A DNA stretch of 63,597 nt, counting the filler, from Octopus bimaculoides (taxonomy: Eukaryota): NCBI RefSeq assembly GCF_001194135.2. It is 4 parts of 4 records of this genome, joined end to end, with 100 filler letters (N's around TTAATTAATTAA, not from the genome) between each part and the next. Parts side by side here need not be neighbours in the genome. Positions count along the whole stretch, not along the records: positions 24,478 to 40,979 come from NC_068990.1; 3 more parts are not named here. One strand, 5' to 3'. The position numbers and the translations under genes are program-made. Shown here in pieces: positions 27,365 to 38,334 of the stretch. The notes below the pieces were generated by a model. It saw only the letters and a program-made list of their open reading frames with translations. It did not search any database and was not told where the DNA came from. Position 1 is the first letter of the stretch. Every line of letters starts with the position of its first letter.

Positions 27365-27846
27365 ATATTTGACCAACAGCCAGATTATTACCTTCCACCT
27401 TGAAGAGTATGCATTTGCAATCCAGGAACAGGAAATCTCAACTAAGTACCTGATGTACAAAAGAGATAGAGATGCAGGAAAAGCCGTAAAATGTGACAAC
27501 TGATGCAGACTTTGTGGAGTTAACACCGAAGGTATCACCTACATCATAAGCAATTGTCCAAAAATGTCATCATGGTATTATCTACCGATGAGAAATGATG
27601 TTGTAACTAGGACACTCTATAATGAAATCCATCGGAAGGATAACCTGGAGGACAAAGAAATAAGAACCCAGTTTGGTAGAAGCCATAGCCACTCATGATA
27701 AAAAGGAATACTGGTGGAATGTACCAGTGAAGACCTCAATAAAATGTAAGCACAACAGACCTGATATAATGATTTGGGATAGAGAAGAGAAACTGTGCAT
27801 GGTCGTGGAAATTAGCTGCCCTGTGGATGTTAACATAAAGCTGAAC
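27365..27846 (+). mobile_element. Internal fragment of the same R4/Dong-like family
   Basis: YAFAIQEQEISTKYL and HNRPDIMIWDREEKLC; clearly similar at DNA level to 3240-3450. Confidence 0.8.
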
Positions 27847-28846
27847 TTTTGAGAATCCCTGAGGTTAGACTAGAACGGAATAATGTCCAGAGTTATCTTT
27901 TGTGCCTACTGGTAAATGATGTGATAATATTAATCAATAACTGCATAATTATGTTTACTTAGTGTTTAATGCACTCTACATTAGTAATGTTCATGCACAC
28001 TTAACTATTGTTTAGATTAGCTTTTCAAACTATTCTATAGATCTGGAGTCAGCAGTATAAAACCCTAAGAGGTACTGAATAATCATGAGATGATATCATC
28101 CATGTCAAGATTCACACAACTGTGTTTACCAAATAGAAACTTTGACAAGATTATTGAGCTAAAGCACTATGAAGGCCTCATCACTCTATACCTTTACATC
28201 ATGGTTCTAATCCATAAAGTGATGCAGTCATTTTACTTTGTATACTGCAGTGTTGATAACTTTGAAACAATTAACCACAATTTAAACATCAGATTTGATG
28301 GAGAGCTTGCACCAGTTAATTTGGATCCTGAATGTATGGCTTTAGATGAATGTCAGAAGTAGATTGCATGATGCATTCTTGGTATTACTACATGCATATA
28401 TCTAAGCAAGCAGATGTTTAGCTGAACCTCATAATATGTGTACATGAACAGTAAGTGATGATAGAGTTGCTGAGAATTCTGAATTTTCTATCTTTACGTG
28501 TCCCTTCTGTATCTGAGCTCTTTATTTCTTAATGAAACAAATTACAACAAAAGCAAAGGATTTCTAAAGAATTTGGATGAATAGGAAAAGAATGTTATAT
28601 CTACAAAATTAAGATTAATTCAAGAATAACACAACAGCATTAACAACCTCATGCATATCTTTATCAGGCTTACTTTTCATTTTCCATGCTACCATCACCA
28701 AATTTCTGATACTCTGAACACCAGCATATCTTGTGCTGGTTGTGTTGATGCACTTCGTGATGCTTTATAAACTTTAAACCATAACATCCAAAATTCACAA
28801 TTCTTTATCTCCACTCAAAGATTTCCACCAAATAAAAGATCATTAA

Positions 28847-29066
28847 CCCTTTGGCATTTAAACTGACCATATCAGGCCCAAATATTCTACACATTTTATG
28901 TTCAAACTGGCCAGACTCAGCCACTCACACCTACCCTACAATGTCATTCTAAAAATATACAATCACGTCATTGAAATCTTAAAACTATGAGATAATGTAT
29001 GATTAATTCAAACCAATTAGAATAAATAAGAATAATGTTTGACAAAGTAAGCTGGATGCTAAAGGG
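28847..29066. mobile_element. piggyBac-like MITE, 220 bp
   Basis: TTAA on both sides (28843-28846, 29067-29070); TIRs ccctttggcat and atgctaaaggg (10/11 match). Confidence 0.85.
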
Positions 29067-29247
29067 TTAAAAGCATGGGTAATTGAATCTATTAAGTCTG
29101 AAAAATAGCCATTATCAAAGAACATGACATTTAAAGAAGGATTTATCTCAATATATTTGTCTGTGGCTCCAGTAAGCTATTGAGAAATTAATGTGTTTTA
29201 ATAATTGAAAAGTTACATATTTCAGAAAGAGTGAAAAAAATACTCAC

Positions 29248-29343
29248 GGCGTTGACAAAATTCTCCTGTAAAACCATACCGACAAGTACATTGGCCATAT
29301 TGATTACAACTGCCTCCATTCATACATTCTCCACCGCAATCCT
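29248..29343 (-). CDS. EMI-EGF gene, EGF repeat 4 (EDCGGECMNGGSCNQYGQCTCRYGFTGEFCQR), absent from the ORF track
   Basis: Acceptor ttctgcttcag, donor gtgagt; 96 nt, phase 1-1; six-Cys EGF with CxNGGxC. Confidence 0.93.
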
Positions 29344-31484
29344 CTGAAGCAGAATTTGTTAAAGATGAAAAAATTAAATCCTAAAAGACAAACTTTTGGT
29401 GGCATAAGAATTTATAAACTTCATGAGAGCATTAAACAATTCTTTTCTAGAATGGCATATCTCAAACAGTTTCCAGCTTTTTCTATCCAAGGAGTTTTTA
29501 ACCCAATATTTGCCTGCTATCATTTATAACTTCTTCATCTGCTTCAAGATCTATCATTCTGAAAGAGATTTATTTAACATTCTCTCAAAGTTTATAAATT
29601 CTTATGATATCAACAACATACAATTCCCACTAGTAAGGATAGAGTTTCTAAAATGCACAGGCAAATTCAAAGGATTGCTTTAGCCAAATGGTAGAAAGCC
29701 TGTCATGTTTACAGAAGTTGTGGGTTCTGTCTAAAGGGTTTATAAGCCAATAATTATATGCTATTATTTATAGCTTCATGGCAATACATTCTAAGTTCAA
29801 ACTCCATCAAGGTCAACTTTGCCTTCCATTTTTTCGGGGTTGATAAAATAAATGCCAGTTGAGCACTAGGGTCAATATAATCGACTTAACCCTCCCCTGA
29901 ACTTGCTGACCTTATACCAAAATTTCAAACCATTATTTATAGCTTCTTTATCTGCTTCGAGATCCACTATTCCAAAAATGGTATTAATAAACTTTGGAGG
30001 CTTAAAAGCAAAAAACTTCCTACTTTCTTAAAGTAAACCATAACTGATATAAAAATTTTCGTCTACTTCATTAGTTCTTGCTACATTGACTTCTTCATTT
30101 ATTCTCATTATGTTTTATATTGATGATCTTTGGTAATTAGAAACTTTCCAGTTTCATTTCTCCTCAAACAAACTGATTTAGACACATTCAGTTTTCCTCT
30201 CAAGTAGAAATGATTCTAACAATTAATCCATTCATCAAAACCTGTACATTTGTTTCAGTTTTACTGTTCACTTAATTCTGTACATTACCTTCATTTTCTA
30301 CTATTAATATCGTTAGTAATTACATTATCAACTATACTTAGAAATCTTGACACCATTGAAAGTCAGTAATAGTTGCAGAACATAGAAATAGATTCATCAA
30401 CCACCCACATTTGACATTTGTAAATGGAAACTAATGGGGAAATACAGTTCTAACATGAGATCCATAGAAATATTTAAAACAATTAATTTATTTATTTATC
30501 CCCATCCTGTCTTTTGTAACATTCATTTAAATTTTAAGACAAATTCATGTCACACTCTGCTTTTCAGACACTGATTAACTAATTGGCCTTTTCTAGCCAA
30601 TGCTAACAAGCTAAAAAGTTGACAATTCATGCCCTATCGATGATAGATTTATCTTTTATCTTTTACTTGTTTCAGTCACTGGACTGTGGCCATGCTGGGG
30701 TACCATCTTGATGTGTTTAATTAAACAAGTTGACCTCAGTTATTTTGTTGTTGTTTTTTTTAAGTCTAGTACTCATTCTGTATGCCACTTTTTTTTGTCA
30801 AACTGCTAAGTAATGTGAATGTAAACAAACTGCCTGCAGCAGCCTTTGAATTGCCATCAGCATTGGCCCCCAAGCTTATCCGGATTTATGGGAGCAGACC
30901 TGAAAGTTCTGCTCCCATCAAAGTGCTTCCCAGGATGAACTGCCTTCCCTTTCCACCCCAGCAGAAATCATCTACAAGGTCATGACCTTTGCTAACTTTC
31001 ATCTGCTAAATCATTTCTTTTTTTTTAATAATCATTGAATTAATTAAACTATTAATGTACAACAATGAACAATCTTTTATCTTCTACTTGTTTCAGTCAT
31101 TAGAATGTGGCCATGCTGGGGCACCACCTTGAAGAATTTTTAGTCAAACAAATCGACCTCACCACTTGTTTTTCTTAAGCCTGGTTCTTATTCTATTGGA
31201 CTGTTTTTGCCAAACTGCTAAGTTACAGGGACATAAACCAGCTAACACCAGCTGTTAAGTGATGGTGGGGGGACAAACACAAATACAAAGATACACACAC
31301 ACACACACACACAATGAGCTTCTTTCAGTTTCCATTTTCCAAATCCACTTATAGGGCTTTGATTGGCCTAGGACTATAGCAGTGAGACTAAATCCAGAAC
31401 CATGTGATTAAGAAACAAACTTCTTACCACACAGTCACTAAAAGAAAGTAAGTTGGAAGTATTATAAAAACAATGTTACTAAAC

Positions 31485-31673
31485 CTTCAGCACATGTTGG
31501 TCCAGTATAACTTTGGAAGCATTTGCATTTGTTTGGTTCAATGCAATAACCATGTACACAGGGAGGTTCACAGACAGGAATTTCACAATATTTTCCACTG
31601 TATTCTTTGGAACACTGGCATACATTCGGTTCGATGCAACGACCTCCATTCCGACAAGGCCTAACACAAATAG
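31485..31673 (-). CDS. EMI-EGF gene, EGF repeats 2-3 (AICVRPCRNGGRCIEPNVCQCSKEYSGKYCEIPVCEPPCVHGYCIEPNKCKCFQSYTGPTCAE)
   Basis: Two six-Cys EGF repeats; 189 nt, phase 1-1; acceptor ttttgcag, donor gtttag. Confidence 0.93.
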
Positions 31674-32056
31674 CTGCAAAATAAAACCAGATCCTTTCTA
31701 GAGACATGAAATATGATTTTATCAAAAGAATCTTAAATGAAACCTTCTAGTGACTCAAAGTATGAAGAGTGTAGTATTTATCATAATGTATTTCACTAAA
31801 TTTTACTCAAATGCTCTAATTTTACAATGAGTGTTTGTCTTTTTATGCAAATGGTTATACAAATAAATATATGAAAAGATATATATATTTGAAGGAATGA
31901 GTAGAGATGGCTTTTTTTAGGGGATAATTTTTATTTAAACATTATTATTAACATTAAAATAAAATTATCCCCTCAAAAAACCCATTTCTACTCATTCATT
32001 CAAATATATATAATACTGTACCAGGAACTTTCTCTTTATTATTCTACTATATATAT

Positions 32057-32760
32057 ATCATCATCATCATCATTATCGTTTAACGTCCACTTTCCATGCT
32101 AGCATGGGTTGGACAATTTGACTGAGGACTGGCAAGCCAGAAGGCTGCACCAGGCTCCAATCTGATCTGGCAGAGTTTCTACAGCTGGATGCCCTTCCTA
32201 ATGCCAACCACTCCGAGAGTGTAGTGGGTGCTTTTACGTGCCACCAGCACGAGGGCCAGTCACACGGTACTGGCAACAGCCACGCTCAAAAAGGTGTCTT
32301 TTACGTGCCACCTGCACGGGAGCCAGTCCAGCGGCACTGGCAATAACCTCGCTCAAATGATTTTCTAAACATGCCACCAGCACAAGTGCTAGGAGGCAAT
32401 GCTGGTAACGATTACGCTCTAATGGTGCTATTTACGGACCACTAGCACAGAAGCCAGACAGTTGTTCTGGCAATGAACACACTCGACGGTGCTGTTAGTG
32501 CTTCACTGGCGCGGTGACAAGTCATCGAGTATGGTTCAATTATGATTTCACTTGCCCCAACAGGTCTTCGCAAGCAGAGTTTAGTGTCCAATGAAGGAGA
32601 GGTTGGCATGGGTGCCAGTCATCGGATTCGGTTCGATTTCAATTTCAGATTTCAAATTCACTTGCCTCAACAGGTTTTCGCAAGCAGGGTTTTTAGTGTC
32701 CAATGAAGTAAAGATACGGATTAGTGAGCTGGCTACACTTCTGGCAGAGATCACAGATTA
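32057..32760 (-). mobile_element. LINE-type 3' end repeat with (GAT)n tail; further copies at 42003-42290 (-), about 33410-33600 (-) and about 58150-58310 (+)
   Basis: Near-identical catcatcatcgtttaacgtcc.ctttccatgctagcatgggttggac at 32057 and 42003; assignment to RTE is inference. Confidence 0.65.
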
Positions 32761-33248
32761 TGCTCTCACTTGCCTAGATAGATAGATAGATAGATAGCTA
32801 TAGATATTAATACATATAAATGTAGTGTTCCTCGAAAATTAATGAGGACCATCACCTAAGAATATTAGGCGTTGAAGTGGACTATCATAACTTTGGTGTA
32901 TTAGGATATTCTGTCCAGAGAAAGCACTGCTTGAAGAACAGGAAAGGGTTTCCTCTCTCTCATGGCAAACTCAGTCCAATAACACCAAAACAAATCTGGA
33001 ATTTTCATTGTATTGCCAAATATCATATTCACTTCTCAATGTATTCTATTTTATTTTAATTAAATTTAATCAATGTAAACTTTGAGGTTATCTCGCTTGT
33101 AGTTTTTTAACAATGATTAAGATAATGGGATTTTTGTACTTTCAATGTTTTAAACTATAATTTCTTGGTTTGCTACCACAAGTATTTTAACACCTAGTTT
33201 ACTAATTTATTCCATTTAGTGAATATGTTTGTAAATATATTTCTTTAC

Positions 33249-33347
33249 CCTCAGAGCAATCGTCTCCTTGGTATCCAGTATTAGAGCAGTCACATTTGTT
33301 GTCACCAATACATTTGCTGCCATGTTGACAAGGCCGGCTGCAAACAG
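33249..33347 (-). CDS. EMI-EGF gene, EGF repeat 1 (AVCSRPCQHGSKCIGDNKCDCSNTGYQGDDCSE)
   Basis: Six-Cys EGF spacing; 99 nt, phase 1-1; AG acceptor, donor gtaaag. Confidence 0.93.
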
Positions 33348-34687
33348 CTAAAATTAGAAAATGAAATTGGTCATACAAAGGCAAATACATACATATAACA
33401 TCAGCATCATCATTTAGTGTCCATTTTCCATGCTGCCATGTATTGGATGGTTTGACAGGATCAAATGAGACACAGGGCTATGTTGGGTTCCAATGTTGGC
33501 ATGGTTTCTATGGTTGGATGCTCTCCCCTTTACAGCATATACTGGGTGCTTTTTTCATGAAACCAGCATTAATGAGGTCACCAACTAAGTTACAAGACAA
33601 AAGAAAGAAACAAGCAGATGTGTTTTTGCAACAGCACAAGGTATGCTTTATGTCAGATGTTGAAGGCTAAAGTATGATAGAGAGAGAGACAAGCTCAGGT
33701 AACATGTTGTGGAGGAGATACATGGCTACCTCACTTTATATGAATGTGAGGGAGAATAGCAAGAAGATATATAAACACAGAATGAATATACAGAATTTAT
33801 ACAATGACACCAATGAAGAAACTTCTTAAACCTTTTGACACCAAACCACTCAAGAGCACAATTGATTCTATGCTACAAACTATGAATTTTAGATTGATCT
33901 AAATTAAAACTTTCATATTCGTTTATGTTCCAAACTACAGCTTAATAATGGTTTCAAATTTTGGCTCAAGGCCAGCAATTTCAAGGGAAGGGGTAAGTCA
34001 ATTACATCAAGCCCAAGGTTCAGTTGGTACTTATTTTATCAGCCCCGAAAAGATAAATGGCAAAGTCAGTCCTGGTGGCATTTGAACCCAGAACATAAAG
34101 TTGGAATAAATGCTGCAAAGCATTTCTTCCATTGCAGCAGTAATTGTGCCAGCTCACAGCCTTCTTTTTTTTATATACCAAGGCCTAAATTCCCCATAGG
34201 AGAGGGTAGTCACAACAAAACACACACCAGACATTCCATTCATTTCCCAGCTCAAAGAGGCGAGCCATATCCTATGCTTGAGTCAAGACATAGAAAGAAA
34301 CCTCCAATATCAGCAGCAGGGCCCAACAGCATATGCTGGTTTACCCCCGCCGCATCATGTTTTTTTCCATATCCCTTTAAGCAACATCAATTCACTCATC
34401 CATACAAAAACACTCTCCAAGCTTTCCTATCACTTATAAACTCTCTTGCCTCTTTCATTCCAATCCTCTAACCATCAAAGCTTTCCTCACTCCATCCATG
34501 CCTACCACCTCTGCCTTCATCACCCTTCTTACCATTCTCCATATGGCCAAACCACTCTGGTGAGTACACAAACTTTTTTTTTTAATTACATATCCAAAAT
34601 CGGGACTCATTGTCTCTAACGCAACATACAGTAACCAGATTTACACAATGTCAATTGAAGGATTGTTGTTGTTGTTGTTGTTTTTTT

Positions 34688-35189
34688 GGCACTCCGTCGG
34701 TTACGACGTCGAGGGTTCCAGTTGATCCCATCAACGGAACAGCCTGCTCGTGAAATTAACGTGCAAGTGGCTGAGCATTCCACAGACACGTGTACCCTTA
34801 ACGTAGTTCTCNNNNNNNNNNNNNNNNNNNNNNNNNNNNNNNNNNNNNNNNNNNNNNNNNNNNNNNNNNNNNNNNNNNNNNNNNNNNNNNNNNNNNNNNN
34901 NNNNNNNNNNNNNNNNNNNNNNNNNNNNNNNNNNNNNNNNNNNTCAGCGTGACACAGTGTGACAAGGCTGACCCTTTGAATTACAGGCACAACAGAATCA
35001 GGAAGTAAGAGTGAGAGAAAGTTGTGATGAAAGAGTACAGCAGGGTTCGCCACCATCCCCTGCCGGAGCCTCGTGGAGCTTTAGGTGTTTTTGCTCAATA
35101 AACACTCACAACGCCCGGTCTGAGAATCGAAACCGCGATCCTATGACCGCGAGTCCGCTGCCCTAACCACTGGGCCATTGCGCCTCCAC
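34688..35189 (-). mobile_element. SINE family C, tRNA-derived; body fragments at about 18630-18815(+) and 35760-35945(+)
   Basis: A-box TGGCCCAGTGG, B-box GGTTTCGATTC, (AAC)n tail; interrupted by a sized gap. Confidence 0.85.
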
Positions 35190-35533
35190 TGAAGGATTGT
35201 AACAAAAACTTAAATCACGTTAGTTAAACTACATTCGTTCGAAACTTTGATAAGAAAGAAATAGCTTTGTGTATGTGTGTCTGTATTTCTTTTTTTTTTT
35301 TTTTTTTTGAAAGTCTACATTTACGTAGGCAGAGAAATGAAACAGAAAGTGATGGGGGAATTTTTGTTGTTATTCAAGCTGGTAAATGTAACAGCCAAAT
35401 ATTTCAGCAATAACACAAACAACAGTACAAGGTCAGAGCAAGATGTGTGTCGAAATGTAAATTATTTAATAAGCTACTTTTGTAATATAGTTACATCAAA
35501 ACAAAGCTGTCTGAATTCTTATAATCTAATTAC

Positions 35534-35625
35534 CTTGGTCGCAGTTTTCTCCGGACCAACCTTTGCAACACACATCAACTGTGATATTGCGAAGTTCTCT
35601 GCTTGGTTTTTGAACAATGTGGTTC
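35534..35625 (-). CDS. EMI-EGF gene, exon ending the EMI-like domain (NHIVQKPSRELRNITVDVCCKGWSGENCDQ-A)
   Basis: Acceptor tatttctttcag, donor gtaatt; 92 nt, phase 2-1; contains the CCxGW motif that ends EMI domains just before EGF repeats. Confidence 0.88.
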
Positions 35626-35947
35626 CTGAAAGAAATAAAATATAGACTTAAAGTTAGTATTTGGGTTCAATATAAATGTGTGCGCGTGTAGCTTGGTTAC
35701 TTCAGCTCACGATTTTGTGAGTTTGTTCCTTGTAGCATGTTGAGTTCTTAAGCAAGACATTTTATTTCACGTTGCTCCAATTCACTCAGCTGGTAAAAAT
35801 GAGCTGTACCTGTAATTCAAATGGCCAGCGTTGTCACATTTTGTGTCATGCTGAATATCCTTGAGAGCTACGTTTGTGGAGTACTCAGCCACTTACATAT
35901 TAATTTCAAAAGTAGGCTGTCCCGTTGATCGTCAAAACCGACAGTGC

Positions 35948-35986
<39 letters not shown>

Positions 35987-36498
35987 CAGACTGTCCTCAT
36001 TTAACGACCTACCTATTTAACGACCACTCGGAGTTACGACGAACTTTACGAGCTGTCATTACGTATTTTACAAAATATAAAAACTTAAAAACTTTGTCGT
36101 ATTGTGCGCTGTACGAGAACTGCCGTCGTGACGGCATCTCATCCCGAGCACCCATCCTGAGAAAAGTTTATTAGGCATCTTATGTGCTGGGCCTGGAATC
36201 ACAAACATACTTACGATGTCTGAGCTACAATAATACAGTATCCATATCCTAACTTTTAAGGTTTTCCTTGTGACAATCTTACTGTTACTTATTCATTTTT
36301 CAACAATTTATGTTAGTGATTCTTGGCCCTGTACTGCATATACTTTATACAATACGGTATTCTGTTTTTAAATGTACGTACAGTACACTATACCTATAAA
36401 AAAAAATAGTACGTACCCTATGAATATTCGTTTAACGACGGGGCTGTTGGAACGTAACTCATTTAACGACCGAGTTACGTTCCAACAGCCCCGTCGTT
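35987..36498. mobile_element. pogo/Tigger-like non-autonomous element with a folded-back right end
   Basis: Starts TA-cagactgtcctcatttaacgac; the right end repeats ctcatttaacgacc inside a 27-bp perfect inverted repeat. Confidence 0.55.
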
Positions 36499-37368
36499 TT
36501 GAAAATTAATGCTTCAAATCAGTTCAATTGTTTCTACGTTCGTTCATTTTGGTGATGAAATGTTTCAGGAGAATGTTCAAAGCTTTTTCATTGCCTCGCT
36601 AAAAATTTTAGGGGGTTCCCGAGTCACTGTCAACTATAGAATTACTTGAATGAATACTGTACAAACAACAATAAAGACTTAAACTGTTACATTTCAGACG
36701 CGTTGACAGTGACAAAGTGATATTATATTATTCTTTACGGAGAATTATATGATTAAAAAGTTAAATATACTTTGGTGAGGTTTCAACACGATTACGTTAA
36801 GCTTACGCTTGATTTTGCCATTCTTGAAAAATAAATGTATCTTTGGAGTTAGCCTTTTAAATTCGTTGATATTTGTCTAGCTCTTGAATACAATCTCCTG
36901 CGACGGGTTTATCAGTGAACACTTTGTCTCTACATTGTATACTTAGAGCAAGTAAGCCTAGCTAAGACCTTCCTATTTCAGATTGACGGTTGCAGTTAAA
37001 AGTAGCAAGCATGAGTTGTATCCAAAGTTCAGTAAGCTTTTCTAAAAGTTGAACTTGTAAAATGTCTCTATTGCAACTTGAGAGTTGCAATAGAGACATT
37101 AGTCTCTCTCTATCACCTTTCAACAAAAGTATATATTAAGAAACAGTAGAACAATTAACAACATAATAAAATAAGTTTTATTTTTGGTGATGCTTGGTTT
37201 TACAAATCCTGTGTCATTCAGCTTAGTAGTCGCTGGTTAACTTGTAATCGGCATTGGAAGGTTAAGAGCTTCGTTGATGCATGCCAAAGAAGCAAGTTGC
37301 TGTCAAGTCGAAGGTATCATGCTGAAGAGGGTTAGAAAACGAAAGTAGCGCTTTAAGTACTGGTTTTA

Positions 37369-37449
37369 CTACGCATGCGCACTCGAGGGGCTTCCAGGAA
37401 GGCAAGTCCCTTGCGCATGCGTAGATTGTACTTCCTTAATGGCGGCCAT
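37369..37449. promoter_or_regulatory. Housekeeping/bidirectional-type promoter motif cluster (2 NRF1-like, 3 ETS, double YY1-like)
   Basis: ctacgcatgcgca (37369-37381) and its exact inverse (37412-37424); cttcc-a-ggaag (37391-37401); acttcc (37430-37435); ATGGC-g-GCCAT (37439-37449). Confidence 0.6.
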
Positions 37450-37493
37450 AATTTCGCACCACTACAAACTTTTCTGGAATTTACTTGGACGCA

Positions 37494-37653
37494 CACTAGC
37501 GTAACCAGGGTGGTAGGGGCGGTCCGCCCCAGGCGGCACTTTTAAAGGGGCACCACTTTTGGGTCTGCTGTAGGCAATATGTGGTATTTTTTTTGTGGGG
37601 TCCGGGGGCGGCAAACTGAAGGGCCACCCCAGGCAGCACACACTACGCAAGTG
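37494..37653. mobile_element. GC-rich MITE-like insertion just downstream of the promoter motifs
   Basis: Termini cactagcgta and tacgcaagtg (9/10 inverted match); no clear TSD. Confidence 0.5.
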
Positions 37654-37918
37654 TAGGCACAGCTTGCCTGTAATTTACTAGAACTTTGTAACACCTGTAC
37701 AAAATGAAAATGTCGCCTAACATTTGACAGGCCATTAGTTCTCCATCATCATATAATATGTGGGCCCAGCTTTCTTTAGTTCATTGACTGCGGCCAAAAG
37801 TCGCATTTACGATAAGTAAATCAATCGGTCATTGACACTGCTCACATACAGTTTCGTAGGAGCTACCCACCATTTTACAGCATTTCTACGTCAAAAAAAG
37901 GGGGGAAAATTCACTCAC

Positions 37919-38077
37919 CATCTAATTTTGCAGAAACCTTTTTCGGCCTTGTATTCCAAAATTTCCATGTTTCGATCTTCGTTCACTCTAGCACATCGTT
38001 CGAAATCAAGTATTTCTGTTTCTATGACTCTTCTCGTTGTGTTTACCAAAGTCTGGATTGTATCCTTGCAAAAATGT
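37919..38077 (-). CDS. EMI-EGF gene, exon encoding the N-terminal part of an EMI-like domain (HFCKDTIQTLVNTTRRVIETEILDFERCARVNEDRNMEILEYKAEKGFCKIR-W)
   Basis: Strong acceptor ttttcttttcttccag and donor gtgagt; 159 nt, phase 2-2, open frame; joins in frame to the 35534-35625 exon (TG+G = Trp). Confidence 0.8.
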
Positions 38078-38257
38078 CTGGAAGAAAAGAAAATACAGGT
38101 CTTTAGAAATTTGTTTCTGTAATTACGTGTTTAATTTCTCTTAAAGAAATCGAAAAGAAGAAAAGAATCGATTTAGTTTCATTTTTCTTAACTTAGACAT
38201 TCATCTTCCCGATTTTATTTTCTATAATATTTCACACAGTTTTCAATTTATCATTAC

Positions 38258-38334
38258 GATAGTCTTCTAGTTTGCTTTTCATATCCATGAACATATCCCT
38301 TTGCTGGCTTCAAACTAAGAATCACGAAAAATAC
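38258..38334 (-). CDS. Possible signal-peptide-bearing exon (VFFVILSLKPAKGYVHGYEKQTRRL-S)
   Basis: Open hydrophobic start; phase-2 donor gtaatg compatible with the 38077 acceptor; weak AAG acceptor and no ATG found. Confidence 0.22.

Noticed and set aside
27040-33347. Calling the EGF gene WIF1/shifted
   Set aside because: The EGF repeats resemble WIF1's, but the upstream exons encode an EMI-like CCKGW domain and no WIF domain was found.
35100-35189. tRNA-like A and B boxes (also about 16740 and 21830-21900)
   Set aside because: They are SINE heads continuous with SINE bodies; no complete cloverleaf was recognised.
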